This document shows positions 47,445 to 62,174 of a stretch of DNA of 64,000 nt, in pieces. The notes below the pieces were generated by a model, which saw only the letters and a list, made by a program, of their open reading frames with translations, ran no database searches and had not been told where the DNA came from. Each line of letters opens with the position of its first letter. Position 1 is the first letter of the stretch. The DNA is taken from positions 186,372,001 to 186,436,000 of the forward strand of contig CM059427.1 in the NCBI GenBank assembly GCA_030390025.1, read 5' to 3'. Made by a program: the position numbers and the translations under genes. The DNA comes from Squalus acanthias (taxonomy: Eukaryota).

Positions 47445-50026
47445 CTGTAAGATACGTTTTGGGGAAAAGGCCCATTAAATTATCCAGTTTCAATAGACAG
47501 GTACACCAAAGCAATCAAAAAGACTAACGGGATATTGGCTTTTACCTCAAGAGGGTTGGAATACAAAAGGGGAGGAAGTTATGCTACAGTTTTACAGAAC
47601 ATTGGTCAGACCACATCTGGAGTATTGCGTTCAGTTCTGGGCATCGTACCTCAGGAAGGATATGTTGGCCTTGGCGGGAGTGCAGCACAGATTCACCAGA
47701 ATGACACCAGGGTTTAAATTATGAGGACAGGTTGCACAGCCTTGGCTTGTATTCCCTCGAATATAAAAGATTAAGGGGTGATCTAATCGATGTGTTTAAG
47801 ATGATTAAAGGATTTGATGGAGTTGATAGAGAGAAACTATTTTCTCAGGTGGGGGGTCCAGAACAAGAGAGCACAACCTTAAAATTAGAAGTAGGCCATT
47901 CGGGGGTGATGTCAGGATACACTTCTTCACACCAAGGATAATGGAAATCTGGAACTCTCTCCCCCAAAATGCTGTGGATCAATTGGAGCTTTCAAGACTG
48001 AGATGGATAGATTTTTGTTGGGTAAAGGTATCAAGGGACATGGAGCAAAGGCAGGAAAATGAAGTTGAGGTACAGATCAGCTATGATCTAATTGAATGGC
48101 TTGACTGACTGGCTAAATGAAGGACTGGGAGTGTCGGCTTGGATTAGGAACTTAATGGTCATGAGTTCACATCCCATCAGGGCAAGATAAATTCAATAAA
48201 TCTAGTAATTTGCGGAAAGGCACCAGATAAAATGACCATGGAATCTGCCAGATTGTCCAAAAAACTGAAACCCAAATGGGACATTAATGTCCTTCAGTGA
48301 AAAGGACCCACCATTCATATTTGGTCTGGACCTCTCCAGTCCCATGCAGTGAGGTTGACATATGGTGAGGTGGCTCAGCCATGACAACAAAATAAAATCC
48401 TTAAAAGGCTTGTTGGGGTAAATGTTGGGAGGATGTTTCCCCTGGTTGGTTTGGGGGGTCACAGTCTCAGGATAAGGGGCCGACCATTTAGGACTGAGAT
48501 GAGGAATAATTTCTTTACTCAAAGGGTTGTGAATCTTTGGAATTCTCTACCCCAGAGAGCTGCGAATGCACAGTCGTTGTGCATATTCAAGACTGAGAGC
48601 GATAGATTTTTGGATACTAAGGGAATCAAGGGATATGCGGATAGTGCGGAAAGGAGCAGTTGAGGTAGAAGATCAGCCATGATCGTATTGAATGGTGCAG
48701 AAGGTTCGATGGGCCGAGTGGCCTACCCCTGCTCTTATTTCTTATGTTCTTAAAAGTCCCACTAACACCTTTTCAGGACAATTAGGGTGTGTCCACACCT
48801 CAAGACAGATAAAACAAAACAAGAAATTATCTTCTGGTATCTCACTTTGGATAGAATTATATCGAGTCTGCAGCACAGAAACAGGCCATTCTGCCCAACT
48901 GGTCCATGCCGGAGTTTATGCTCCACATGAGCCTCCTCCCACCCTAGATCATCTCACCCTATCAGTATACCCTTCTGTTCCTTTCCCCCTCATGTGCTTA
49001 TCTAGCTTCCCCTTAAATGCATCTATGTTATTCGTCTCAACCACTCCCAGTAGTAGCGAGTTCCAAATTCTCACCACCCTCTGGGTAAAGACATTTCTCC
49101 GGAATTCCCGATTGGATTTATTAGTGACAATTTCATATCGTGTGTGAACCCAGATAATGAGTGTTGACAGAGGATTTGGACGTGTAGGGAATTAAGACCC
49201 AGTCAATCATTTTCTCACAGGACACCCCACACAAATGGAGATAATTTTAACATTTATCGGCAGGGAAATCGACCGCCTGCTTTGCTCCTTGCACGACATT
49301 CTGTTCCATCCTCGTCCATCTGGGATCTTGCTGTGCGTAAATCGGTTGCTACAATTCTCTACAATGTAACTGTGACAGTTTTAAGGTAATTCATGGGCTC
49401 TGAAGCGCTTTGGGGCATCCTGAAGATGTGAAAGGCACTATATAAATGCAAGTTCTTTCTTCCTTTATCAACCTCTCACTTGAAAATTATCTCCACTGGT
49501 GACTTAGTATTATACAGCACAGAAAGAGACCATTTGGCCCATTGTGCCTGTGCCGGCTCTTTGAAAGAGCTATCCAAATAGTCCCACTGCCCCGATCTTT
49601 CCTCATATCCCTGCAAATTTGTTATTTTCAAGTATTTATCCAAGTCTTTTTAAAAGTTACTGTTGAATCTGCTTCCACCGCCTTTCCAGATCGCAACAAC
49701 TCACTACATAAAAAAAATTCTCCTCATCTCCCTCCTGGTTCTTTTGCCAATTATCTTAAATCTGTGCCCTCTGGTTACCGACCCTCCTGCCACTGGAAAC
49801 AGTTTCTCCTTATTTACTCTATCAAAACAATTCATGGTTTTGAACACTTCTATTAAATCTCACCTTAACCTTCTCTGCGCCAAGGATTACAATCCCAGCT
49901 TCTCCAGTATCTCCACGCAAATGAATTCTCTTATTCTTAGTACCATTCTGGTAAATCTCCTTTGTAACCTCTCCAAGACCTTAACATTCATCCTAAAGTG
50001 TGTGGTGCCCAGAATTGGACACAATA

Positions 50027-50390
50027 CAGGAAACTCTTTATTAACCGGCACCAACGGGACCGGCGTGGTGCCGGCTAATCAAAAAGTCCGGATAACGGAG
50101 AGTTATATCTCCCAACGTACGAGACCCCCGTACACATTGACATGCGCCTGCATTCGGAGCTCCGTCTCCCCGGGGACCGCCAGCTGACCATCTGTCGTGT
50201 CCGCTGCCTACCCGGGCTGCACATTCCCCTCCCAATCTACACGCTCCGATACAAGGCAAACGCCTCGGGGTTTTTTTTAAAGTTAATTTTATACGAGAGA
50301 TGAAGGAAAACCCCGGTTACCTACTCAAGAATTTTGCCGGTTAAGAGAGATTTCCGGATATTTGGGTGCCGGTTAATAAAGAGTTTACTG
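50027..50390. mobile_element. Tc1/mariner (pogo/Tigger-type) MITE
   Basis: 26-bp TIR CAG(G/T)AAACTCTTTATTAACCGGCACC, TA on both sides, splits a CR1 fragment. Confidence 0.9.
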
Positions 50391-50454
50391 TACTCCAGCT
50401 GGGGCCTAACCAGTGATATACAATGGCTTTAGCATGACCTCATTGCTTTCGTAT

Positions 50455-51460
50455 GGATACGAAATTGGCTAAGTGACAGGAAATAGAGAGTAGTGGTGAA
50501 CGGTTGCTTTTCAAACTGGAGGAAGGTATACAGTGGTGTTCCCCAGGGGTCGGTACAAGGACCACTGTTTTTCTTGATATATATTAATGACTTGGACTTG
50601 GGTGTACATGGCACAAATTCAAAATCTGAAAGTATAGTGAACAGTAAGGAGGAGAGTAATAGACTTCAAGAAGACATAGACAGGCTGGTGGAATGAGCAG
50701 ACGCGTGGCAGATGAAATTTAACGCAGAAAAATGTGAAGTGATACATTTTGGTAGGAAGAACAAGGACAGGCAATATAAACTAAAGGGTACAATTCTAAA
50801 AGGGGTGCATGAGCAGAGAGACCTGGGGGTATATGTGCACAAATCGTTGAAGGTGGCAGGGCAGGTTGAGAAAGCGGTTAAAAAAACACACAGGATCCTG
50901 GGCTTCATAAATAGAAGCATAGAGTACAAAAGCAAGGAAGTTATGATGAATATTATAAAACACTGGTTCAGCCTCAACTGAAGTATTGTGTCCAATTTTG
51001 GGCACTGCACTTTAGGAAGGATGTGAAAGCCTTAGAGAGGGTGCAGTAAAGATTTACAAGAATGATTCCAGGAATGAGGGACTCCAGTTACGTGGATAGA
51101 TTGGAGAAGCTGGGGTTGTTCTCCTTGGAGCAGAGAAAGTTCAGAGGAGATTTGATACAGGTGTTCAAAATCATGAGGGGTCTAGACAGAGCAGATAGAG
51201 AGAAACTGTTCCCATTGGCAAAAGGGTCGAGAACCAAAGGACACAGATTTAAGGTGATTGGCAAAAGAACCAAAGGCGACATGAGGAAAACTTTTTTATG
51301 CAGCGAGTGGTTAGGATCTGGAATGCACTGCCTGAAAGGAAAAAAAATGGCAGGGCTACGGGGAAAAGGTGGGAGAGTGGGACCAGCTGAAGTGCTCTTG
51401 CAGAGAGCTGGCATGGGCTTGACGGGCTGAATGGCCTCCTTCTGTGCTGTAACCAATCTA
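50455..51460 (+). mobile_element. CR1 LINE 3' fragment
   Basis: SGVPQGS, KFNAEKC, RGDLI pieces. Confidence 0.85.
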
Positions 51461-51480
51461 ACCAATCTTTTATACTCTAT

Positions 51481-54400
51481 GGGGGGAATTTTCCAGGGGG
51501 TCAGCAGGCGCGATCGGTGGTGGGTTGGGTGGGAAAAACATTTTTTTGACAGCGGGTCAGGACCCTGCATTCAACCCGCCGCCACGCGCCTTTCCCAAAT
51601 GTCGGGTCTGTCATCGCTGAGCAGACCCGACACGCAGCAGCGGCATGCGAGGCAATTCAGGTCATTATGACCTTGTTAACAGAGGATTAACAACTATTTT
51701 CAGCTCACCTTCAGAATTTACCAGGTCGGCCATGGGGTCCACTCTGCTCGGGGATCACGTCAGGTAAGTAGGGCGGGAGTTCAATGGCCATGGAATCATC
51801 TCATTACTTGACAGCTGGAAATGTGCTATAAAAGCTCCCATCTCATAGCTGTTCACTTTCCAAGGTCAGAAGCTGTTGCTTACTGCATTTGGAAGACAGA
51901 TTGAGCAGGTTGCAGGTGTTTGGAACAAACTCTCTATCCAGTGTCACCTCACTGGAACAACCTCTCTCACTATTGACAGATCGCTTCTGTCATCTCAAGT
52001 TCACCTGCCATCTATTACATCGACATCTGTGCCCTTGAAACTATCTCACCTTGGTCCTCAGAATCCCACCACAATTAGCCCCAACACCAGCATCACCAGG
52101 CACACCAGCAGCACCAACAACACCAACCTTCTCCACAATCACCTAATGCTGCACAGGACAGAGGGCATCAGCACCCGACCACATTGCTGCCCAGGAGGCC
52201 AGGGATGGCCTCACCATGGCTAGATTTACTTCACTTGATGCTGCACACCCTGGCTGTCACATGATACGCCAGGTTGGCACCACCCCACACCAATAACATA
52301 TAGCATCCCTACAATGTCCAACCCATTACTTTCACATTCATCACCATTGCGGGGGGTACCACTGTGTCTCACCATTTACTGCAACTCACTAAGCCACTTC
52401 CAAAGGTGCACACACATCTGTCCAAGAGCGCAAAGTGTTGAAAATAAAGATTTCAATATTTGACAGCACATTAACAGAAACTTCACATGAACATTGGCTA
52501 AAACACACAAGTGCCTACCCTTGTGTGTTGTTAGTTGGTATGATTGGTCTAGGATGAGGGTGAGTGTGAGGGGTGGCTAGTGAGATGGGGAAGTGATGAG
52601 TTGCACAGCAGGATGAGATTGAGTGTGGCTTTGTACTAACATTACGTGATCTACTGAGATCATTGAAAGGTTTGCGCCACTGTAGCCTGGTCCTCCTAAT
52701 AATATCGCTGCTTGTGTCCTCCTGTGCAATGTGCAACCAGGCTGCGTTGGTGTCCTGGGAAGGTCTCTTCTGCCCATTGGAAGGGAAGAGAATCCACTGC
52801 ATGCTGTGACTCCCTCTATGAGCATATGGAGGGATGCATGGGAGAGCCTGGTTCAGAGGACCAAGGAGAGACTGTATAAGCAGCACCCATGCTGATGTAG
52901 TAGATGGCAGGTAAAGTGGAGATCAGAGGGCCAATCCCTCAATGTTGTGATCGTGACTAGCAATGTGGTGAGAGTGGCTTCTGAGGTTTCAAAAGTGACC
53001 TGCAAACTGCTGATGTCTAAATCTGTGGTCAAAATGGAGTGAGCAAGAGCCTTTCCATGAGGCAAGTAATGAGGTGGAATGTTGCTGTATTTATGTGCTT
53101 TTCCCAGCTATTAATGAATGAACTCGCCAATGATCACTGAGCTTCCGCCTCCCCTTCACAGGCGAGGCACCCGACACAAGTGGAAATTTGTGTGCACCTT
53201 TGTAAGTGGCTTAGTGAGTTGCAGTGAATGGTGAGACATAACAGTACCTCCAACAATGGTGGTCAGTGTGAAAGGAATGGTTTGGTCATTGTAGGGATGC
53301 TTTATTGTGTTGCTGTTGGGTGGTACCAACCTGACGCATCATGTAGCAGCCATATGGGTGTACTGCGTAAGGTTAAGTAAATCTGGTCATGATGAGACCA
53401 TCCCTGGCCTCCCGGGCAGGAAGTGCTTGGGTGCTGGTGGATCTGGCAGCTCCTGCTCCTCCTCGTTTTCCAGCTGATGCTCCTCCTCCTCCTGCTCCTC
53501 CTCTTCTGAAGGGGCCGTGCGCTCAGAGCCTTGCTCCTCATGCAGCGCTAATCCTCACTGCTGTGCTATGTTGTGCAGGGCACAGCAGACCACGACGATT
53601 CTGGAGACCCTGGCTGGTGTGTACTGAAGGGATCCTCCAGATCTGTCAAGGCATCTGAAGCGCATTTTGAGCATGCCTATTGTCTGCTCTATGACACATC
53701 TGGTGGAAATGTGGATTTCATTATATCTCTCCTGGGCCTCAGTACAAGGGTGTCATGAGCCACGTCTTCAGTGGATAGCCCTTCTCTCCAAGTAGCCAGC
53801 TGGAAAGTCTGTTTGGAGGAGTGAAGAGCTGAGGGAAGGTGGACTGGCGCAGCACGAAAGAGCTATGACATCTGCCAGGGAACACATGCAAGATGATCTT
53901 CCTATGATTGCAGACCAGCTGCACATTGAGTGAGTGGAAGCCCTTGCAGTTGACAAACACTCCTGGGTGATGACGGGGTGCCCTGATGGCCACATGTGTA
54001 GTCAATGATGCACTGCAACCGTGGGAAGCCAGCCAGAGTGGCAAAGCCGAGTGCCCGCTCAGTAACACTGGCTTCATCAGAGGCAAGGTTGATATAATTG
54101 GTTGACTTGTCAAACAAGGCAACGGTGACGTGTGTGATGCATCTGTGGGTGGCCGACTGCGAAATGTCGCAAATGTCTGCTGCAGATCCCTGGAAGGAGC
54201 CTGAGGTGAAGAAGTTGAGGACGCTGGTGACTTTGACAGCCACTGGTAAGGCGTGTCCACCCGCTCCTCTGGGCTGCAGATTCTGCTCCAGCAATCTGCA
54301 AATGTCTGCGACGACCTGATGCGATAACCTGAGCCTCCTTTGGCACTGCTGCTCCGTCATGTTGAGGAAGCTCATCCTCTGCCTGTATACCCTGTGTTGG

Positions 54401-55931
54401 GGGCCTCACCTCTGGCGCGGTGCAGGCTTGCACTGATGCCCTCTGTCCTGTTCAGCATCAGGTGGTTGAGGAGAAAGTTGGTGGTGGTGTTGTTGGTGCT
54501 GCTGGTGTGCCTGGTGCTGCTGGTGTTGGGGCTCATCGTGGTCCGATTCTAAGGGCGCGATCTTGCCAGCCCTGGGGAGGTGGGTATGGAGGCGGGGCTG
54601 CTGGGAAAATGGCAGAATTTGGGGGCGGGTAGCTGTCCCGCGCTGGGTCCCGTCTCTTTGGAGGCAGGAAGGGATTAAAGCCAATTAATTGCCTGTTAAC
54701 AGGTAGTTAACAGGCAGAAAATATGCTTATCATCATTTTGCCCACACAAGTGCGGGCTTCCCGAAGGCTCCGAACTCCGCCAGGGTCACCGAGGCGAGTA
54801 GTGGGTCTGCGGGGGTCTGCGGGTGCAAAAGTGTGATGTGAAGGTAAGTGATGGGTGCAAGTGTGGAGAGGTGAGTATCTGAGGTAAGTGGAAAATGTTA
54901 GAAAAGGTGTACTTACCTTTGTTTCTTCCTGCAGGGTTCAGTCGGTGTGTATGCGGAGAGTCTCGCACCTCCGCGGTAGAGATGACAGGTGGCCGTTGTA
55001 TTCTCCAATGCAACAACCATCTCATTCCTGCAAAAGAAAGAGGTTTGATGAGGTCTTGAATTCAAGACCTCATCAAACTACAGAGAATGTCAGTGTTTGA
55101 CAGCTTCACAGAGCTGTCAAACGATGACAATTCATCTGTCAAAAATATTTGACAGATGAAACGTCATACATTAACGTTCTCTGCAACCGGCTTTCCCTTA
55201 ATTGGCCTGCTAAACCTGCTGGGCGGTCTTAACAAGGTCAATCAAGGGAAAATAGCGTGGGTTGGCCAGAAGTTGATGGAGGCGGGACTGAAACCCGACA
55301 AGTGGGAGTCCTGCCTCCAAAAGCTCCCCATTGGCAAAATCATCCCCTAAGGACCAAGCTGACACAGTATAAACAGCACCCATGCTTATGGAATAGATGA
55401 CAGGTCAAGTAGAGATCAGAGGAGCAATCTATCAATGGTGTGATAGGTTGTAACAATGAGGTGAAACTGGATGGCGACTTTGCTGGAAACACTTGCAGCC
55501 TGCAGAAAGATACATCTGTGCTGGGAATGCAGTCAGCAACAGCTTCTGCCTGAGGAAAGTGATCAGCTGTGAGCTGTGAGCTTTTATAGTACATTTGATG
55601 CTGTCATCTAATCAGCTGGAGCAATGGCCACTCAACTCCCGCCTCAGGCTGACAGACATGGTTCCCGAGCTGCGTGAATCTGTGGACAGCCAGGGAAATT
55701 TGAAAGGTAGGCTGAAAAACACTCTTAAGGGTCTGACAACTACCTGTTAATGATTTGAATTAGGTCGCCCGCATCTGCCGTTCGGGACACTGCCGCACCG
55801 GCAAACATGTCCAAGGGAAAGGCGCGTGGGGGCGGGATGACGGCGGGTCCCCGACCCGCTGCAAATTATTTCAAATTTCCCACCTAACCTGCCTCCAATT
55901 GCACCCACAAGGACCCCAGAAAATTCCGGTC
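51481..55931. mobile_element. PIF/Harbinger cluster: degenerate transposase (~53400-54400, minus), Myb/SANT-like ORF remnant (~52600-52850, minus), imperfect TIRs
   Basis: [10 protein letters not shown]...[12 protein letters not shown]|HVAIRAP...[12 protein letters not shown]...WLLGEKGYP (HARBI1-like DDE); RTRLQWRKPFNDL; ends GGGGGGAATTTTCC / GAAAATTCCGGTC. Confidence 0.85.
54553..55347. mobile_element. Nested non-autonomous Harbinger element
   Basis: TIR-like GGGCGCGATCTTGCCA / TTGGCAAAATCATCCCC with a TAA duplication; related to 26448-27291. Confidence 0.8.
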
Positions 55932-57549
55932 ATGGTGTGTGAGATGGTCCAATGCTCCTGCCCTTATAAACCAGCCTCTGACCTACTGTGAGCAGCACCA
56001 TAGCAGATACACTACCTTTAAAGAATTCTGTTTGGAAATCTATAAACAGGATTACTGCTTATTTACTGTATTTGGGTCTTTTAAATGTCGGACAATAATG
56101 AAATTGTATTGGGCTTGTCTAACTGTTCCTGATTTGGGTCATGTGAGTAACTCGAAGCAGTAGTCACAGTTTCAGATGAAACACATTTGGGCCTTGGGCA
56201 GATCATTGAAGGATGTGGATGTGGTTAACCTAACACTGCAACACTAAGATAACCATCTACTGCTTTGGGTTACTGACATCTGTAAAAAAATAACTTTTGT
56301 TTCAGTGTTGGTAGGATAGAATTTATATGATATACGGCACAGAAACAGGCCATTCGGCCCAACCAGTCCATGCCGGCATTTATGCTTCACTCAAACCACC
56401 TCCCCCCTTTCCTCATCTAAATCTATCAGCGTAACCCTCTATTCCCTTCTCCCTCATATGCTTGTCCAGCCTCCTGTTAAATGCATCTATACTATTTGCT
56501 TCAACTATTCCCTGTGGTAGCGAGTTCCACATTCTCACCACTTTTTGGGTAAGGAAGTTTCTTCTGAATTCCTTATTGGATTTCTTGGTGATTATCTTAT
56601 ATTGATGGCCTCTAGTTATGCTCTTCCCCACAAGTGGAAATATTCTCACTGTATCCACTCTATCAAAACCTTTCATAATTTTAAAGACCTCTATTAGGTC
56701 ACCCCTCAGCCTCCTTTTTTCTTGCAAGTGTTGAAAGTATTCCTTCACATTCCTGACTTGTGCCTTGTAGGTGGTGGAGAGGATTTGGGAAATCAGGAGC
56801 GAAGCCACTTGCCACAGAATACTCAGCCTCTGACCTGTTGTAGTAGCTACGGCATTTATATGGCTGGTACAGTTGAGTTTCTAGTTAATGGTGACCCCAG
56901 GATGCTGATGGTGGGGGATTTGGTGATGATAATGCCATTGAAAGCATGTTATTATACAGATATTATCAATAAATGGAGCAGCAGTGAATAAGAAAATGCT
57001 AATTGCTGTTAATTCATATCCTCAGTTATATAATATTCATAGGTTTCCTATTCAATTTTATTTAATTATGTCATGTAAAAATTTTAGTGGAGAATTCTTT
57101 TGCAAGTGTACTTTTTATCCATTCTTCCTATAATAAGTAATTGCATTTCACTTTTTATTCCTACTTCAATGACTTTATTTTCAGTTGGAAAGTCTATGTG
57201 GCTGGTGGATAAGAGGTGGATTTTGCATGGTCCATCGCTTATTAGGTAGAGTAACTTTTATTACACTTCTCACAGGAAGAGGTGGAGAAGAAGTTTATGA
57301 AGAAATTTACTGAAGAAGTTTATTGTATATTTTACAGTTCAAAGTTAGAATGGGGAAATAATTTGGAAAGCTCTTTTACCTCATTTCTTTTCTTCACAGT
57401 CTGAAGTGTTAAACATATTCAGGAAATGTGCCTCGGTTTTACTTCTGGTGGCTTTCTGGTGCTATATATATATCTATATCTATATGTATATTTCTTACAG
57501 GCAAAGAGACGGAATCTGTGAAATGAGGCTACGATTTTTCTGCAGCAAA

Positions 57550-57610
57550 ATGCCAGCTGGTTTGATATTCAGTTTCTTTGTGTTTCTACTTCCGTCTGTT
57601 TTCACACAAA
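57550..57610 (+). CDS. Signal-peptide exon of a further surface/secreted protein gene ('gene C'; exon 57501-57610)
   Basis: ttcttacag| at 57500; MPAGLIFSFFVFLLPSVFTQ + 1 nt |gtaagt (phase 1). Confidence 0.7.
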
Positions 57611-57761
57611 GTAAGTGCCTTATTTCCACCAATCACATTCATATTGTTTTACTTCATCATAGTGTTTAATGAATTCGCCCAGCTAGTATTCAGAAAGTAA
57701 GTGAGGTCTTCATTTTCATGTCCCTGCTCCTTTAAACAGGATGTGTAAGTTTGCTGTTTGT

Positions 57762-59370
57762 AACAACAACAACAACAACTTGTATTTATATAGCACCTTT
57801 AACATAGTAAAACGTCCCAAGGCGCTTCACAGGAGTATTATAAGATTACATTTTTGACACAGAGCCACATAAGGAGAAATTAGGGCAGGTGACCAAAAGC
57901 TTGGTCAAAGAGGTAGGTTTTAAGGAGCATCGTAAAGGAGGAAAGAGAGGTAGAGAGGCGGACAGGTTTAGGCAAGGAATTCGAGAGCTTAGGGCCTAGG
58001 CCACAAAAGGCACAGCCACCAATGGTTGAGCGATTATAATCAGGGATGCTCAAGAGGGCAGAATTAGAGGAGGGCAGATATCTCGTGGGGTTGTGGGGCT
58101 AAAGGAGATTACAGAGATAGGGAGGGGCGAGGCCATGGAGGGATTTGAAAACAAGGATGAGAATTTTGAAATTGAGGAATTGCTTACCCGGGAGCCAGTA
58201 GATCAGCAAGCACAGGGGTGATGGGCGAACGGGACTTGGTGCGAGTTAGGACATGGGCAGCTGAGTTTTGGATGACCTCAGGTTTACGTAGGGTGGAATG
58301 TGGGAGGCCAGCCAGGAGTGGGTTGGAATAGTCAAGCCTAGAGGTAACAAAGACATGGATGAGGATTTCAACAGCGGATGAGCTGAGGCAAGGGCGGAGA
58401 CGGGTGATGTTATGGAGGTGGAAATAGGCGGTCTTAGTTATGCCTCGGATATGTGGTCGGAAGCTCATTTCAGGGTCAAATATGACGCCAAGTTTGCGAA
58501 AAGTGTGGTTCAGCCTCAGACAGATGTTAGAGAGAGGGATGGAGTCAGTGGCTAGGGAACGGAGTTTGTGGCGGGGACCGAAAACAATGGCGTTGGTCTT
58601 CTCAATATTTAATTGGAGAAAATTTCTGCTCATCCACAACTGAATGTCGGACAAGCAGTCTGACAATTTAGAGACCGTGGAAGGGTCGAGGGAAGTGGTG
58701 GTGAGGTAGAGCTGGGTGTCATCAGCGTACATGTGGAAACTGATGCTGTTTTTTCTGATGATGTCGCCAAGGGGCAACATGTAGATGAGAAATAGGAGGG
58801 GGCCAAGGATAGATCCTTGGGGGACACCACAGGTAACGATGCAGGAGCCATAAGAGAAGCCATTGCAGATGATTCTCTGGCTACTCTTAGATAGATAAGA
58901 ATGGAATCAGGCGAGTGCAGTCCCACCAAGCTGGACGATGGTGGAGAGGCGTTGGCGCAGGATGGAGTGGTCAACCATGTCAAAGGCAGCAGACAAGTCA
59001 AGAAGGACGAGGAGGGATAGTTTATCTTTGTCAGTCACAAAGGATGTCATTTGTGACTTTGATGAGAGCCGTTTCGGTACTGTGGCAGAGCGGAAACCTG
59101 ATTGGAGGGACTCAAACATGGAGTTGTGGGAAGGATGGACACGAATTTGGGAGGCGACAACACGTTCAAGGACTTTGGAGAGGAAAGGGAAGTTGGAGAT
59201 GGGGTGGTAGTTTGCAAGGGCGGAGGGGTCACGGGTTGGTTTTTTGAGCAGAGGGGTGATGATGGCAGATTTGAGGGAGAGGGGAACAGTACCTGAGGAA
59301 AAAGAACCGTTAACAATTTTAGCTAACATGGGAGCCAGAAAAGGAAGTTGGACGGTCAGCAGTTTGGTGG
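57762..59370 (-). mobile_element. L2 LINE 3' fragment
   Basis: LLDLSAAFD, FHMYADDTQLY, FVTSRLDYSN; (AAC)n tail. Confidence 0.9.
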
Positions 59371-59559
59371 GATATACATCTACTCTTGCATTTAACAAAT
59401 GTCTATCACACAGCTCGATGTCACAGTTCAAAGTGTCACACTCACTCTGTGGAGCACTCTCTCTATTCCATGATATTTCATTTTTCATCACCCTAACAGA
59501 TTGCATGTGATATAGAATGGTTTCAAAAGTAATAATAATATTCAAATATAAGTTGGATT

Positions 59560-60645
59560 CAAAACTGGCTCGGAGACAGGAAGCAGAGGGTAATGGTTGA
59601 TGGGTGTTTTTGTGACTGGAAGGCTGTTTCCAGTGGGGTTTCGCAGTGCTCAGTACTAGGTCCCTTGCTTTTTGTGGTATATATCAATGATCTAGACTTG
59701 AATATAGGGGGTATGATTAAGAAGTTTGCAGATGATACTAAAATCGGCTGTGTGGTTGATACTGAAGAAGGAAGCTGTAGACTGCAGGAAGATATCAATA
59801 AATTGGTCAGGTGGGCAGAACAGTGGCAAATGGAATTCAATATGGAGAAGTGTGAGGTAATGCATTTGGGGAGGGCTAACAAGGAAAGGGAATACACATT
59901 AAATGGTAGGACACTGAGTAGTGTAGAGGAACAAAGGGACCGTGGAGTGCATGTCCACAGATCCCTGAAGGTAGCAGGCCAGGTAGATAAGATGGTTAAG
60001 AAGGCATACGGAATGCTTGCCTTTATTAGCCGAGGCATAGAATACAAGAGCAGGGGGGTTATGCTTCAACTGTATGAAAAACTAGTTAGGCCTCAGCTAG
60101 AGTACTGCGTGCAGTTCTGGTCACCACAATACAGGAAAGTTGTGATTGCACTAGAGAGGGTACAGAGGAGATTTACAAGGATGTTGCCGGGAGTAGAGAA
60201 TCTTAGCTATGAGGAAAGACTGGATTGACTGGGTCTGTTTTCCTTGGAACAGAGGAGGCTGAGGGGAGACCTTATTGAAGTATATAAAATTATGAGGGGC
60301 ATAGATAAAGTGGATAGAAAGGACCTAGTTCCCTTAGCAGAGGGGTCAAAAACCAGGGGGCACAGATTTAAAGTAATTGGTGGAAGGTTTAGAGAGGATT
60401 TGAGGGGAAATTTCTTCACCCAGAGGGTTGTGGGGGTCTGGAACTCACTGCCTGAAAGGGTGGTAGAGGCAGGAACCCTAACCACATTTAAAAGTACTTG
60501 GATGTGCACTTGGGATGCTCTAACCTGCAGGGCTACGGACCAAGAGCTGGGAAGTGGGATTAGGCTGGATAGCTCTTTGTTGGCCGGCACAGACACAATG
60601 GGCCGAAATGGCCTCCTTTCATGCTGTAACTTTCTATGATTCTAA
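59560..60645 (+). mobile_element. CR1 LINE 3' fragment
   Basis: ORFs 59593..60228 and 60244..60639 (KFADDTK, LEYCVQFW). Confidence 0.9.
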
Positions 60646-62174
60646 TAAATGTTTATAAAATTAGGAATTATTGAGAATTTATTGCCGTTAGAATCTGCAA
60701 CTTACAGTAGTTACAGTTTGGTAAAACATAATTTGAAAAAGTCTAAGTATATTTTTCACTGCTCCTTACTTTGGATTACATCTTGGTTGTAACATGAACA
60801 GGCTGGGGCTCTTTTCTCTTAAAGAGAAGGCTGAGTGGTGACCTCATAGAGGTCTTTAGAATTATGAAGGGTTTTGATAGGGTAGACGTGGAGAAAATTT
60901 TTCCACTTGTGGGGGAGTTCAAAAGAGAGGCATCATAAATATAAGATAGTCACTAATAAATCCAAGAAGGAATTCAGGAGAAGCTTGTTTACCCAGAGAG
61001 CGGTTAGAATAAGGTACTTGCTTCCACATGGCCTAGATGAGGCGAATAGCATAGATGCATTTAAGGGGAAGCTAGATAAGTTCATAAGGGAGAAAGAAAT
61101 GGAAGGGTATGCTGACTGGATTAGATGAAGTAGGGTGGGAAGAGGCTCGTGTGGCGCATAATCACCGGCATAGGCCAGTTGGGCCGAGTGGTCATTTTCT
61201 GTGCTGTAAATTCGATTAAATGTAGTTTCCAAACTTTGTGTTTAAACTTCACTATGAATTCAATGTGCATGGAGCCATTTTTTTTGTAAATTCGATGTGA
61301 GTTGCTATTTAATCTTGAGTCACAGATACCTGGGATTTACTGCTTTAGGTAAGTTCCCTTATGAAAATGTAGATAAAATAATGGATACAATGAGGATTTT
61401 ACTGTTATCCTTGAGTAGCCAATGAGTGTTACTTTACAGCTATACTTGGAATGAAGGCATATGATCATTCAAAGGTGAAAATGCAGTCCAGGGAATGGTA
61501 TTGATGAACTATTGACTGAATGATGTGACCACTGTCACCAGAAGCCACCTGGACGTTTCCAAATGCATTAACGTAAAGTGCATTTATCACCTTCACAACC
61601 ACAGTTACCTCCTTCACAGATAAGGCAAAGCACCCGTTGGAAAGAGGCTGCAAGTCAGGTTCCAAGAGCTGGTTTATCTCTGTCACGTGTCTCTTCAGAC
61701 AAGGTGGGTGGGGGAGGATGCAGGAACTGCCTGATCTCCGCCCACCTCGTAAAACCCCGTCACAGGACAAACGGGCTGGAGACCCGACATAACCGTATCC
61801 TGCCCCAATTTCTCTCCCTGAGCTCCTGTCCACCCTGATAATGCCCCCTGTAGACCAGGAGTCAGGAGGAGATTGGGAGCTTTTATTTTCTGTAACCCAG
61901 AATTAACCATGTCCTCTCTTTCTTTATTTTGATTATTTTTTGTAGTAATGATGTATGTTCTGATAACTTGGGTAATAGATAATAGATACACTGAATGTGT
62001 AATGGAATTGTTCTGTTTTTCTCTGTAATAGTGTTTGTAGTGAAGGCAACATGATCATTTGAATATCAAAATAAGACTGTAAATAAATGAACTCCAATAT
62101 AAATAATTACAAATATTGGATTAAGGAGTTGTGATTTGATATTGAAATGCTTACATTGTTCCTCATTCTAATAG

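Noticed and set aside
53739-54375. Domesticated HARBI1 gene
   Set aside because: Frameshifted, altered catalytic motifs, embedded in TIR-bounded repeats.
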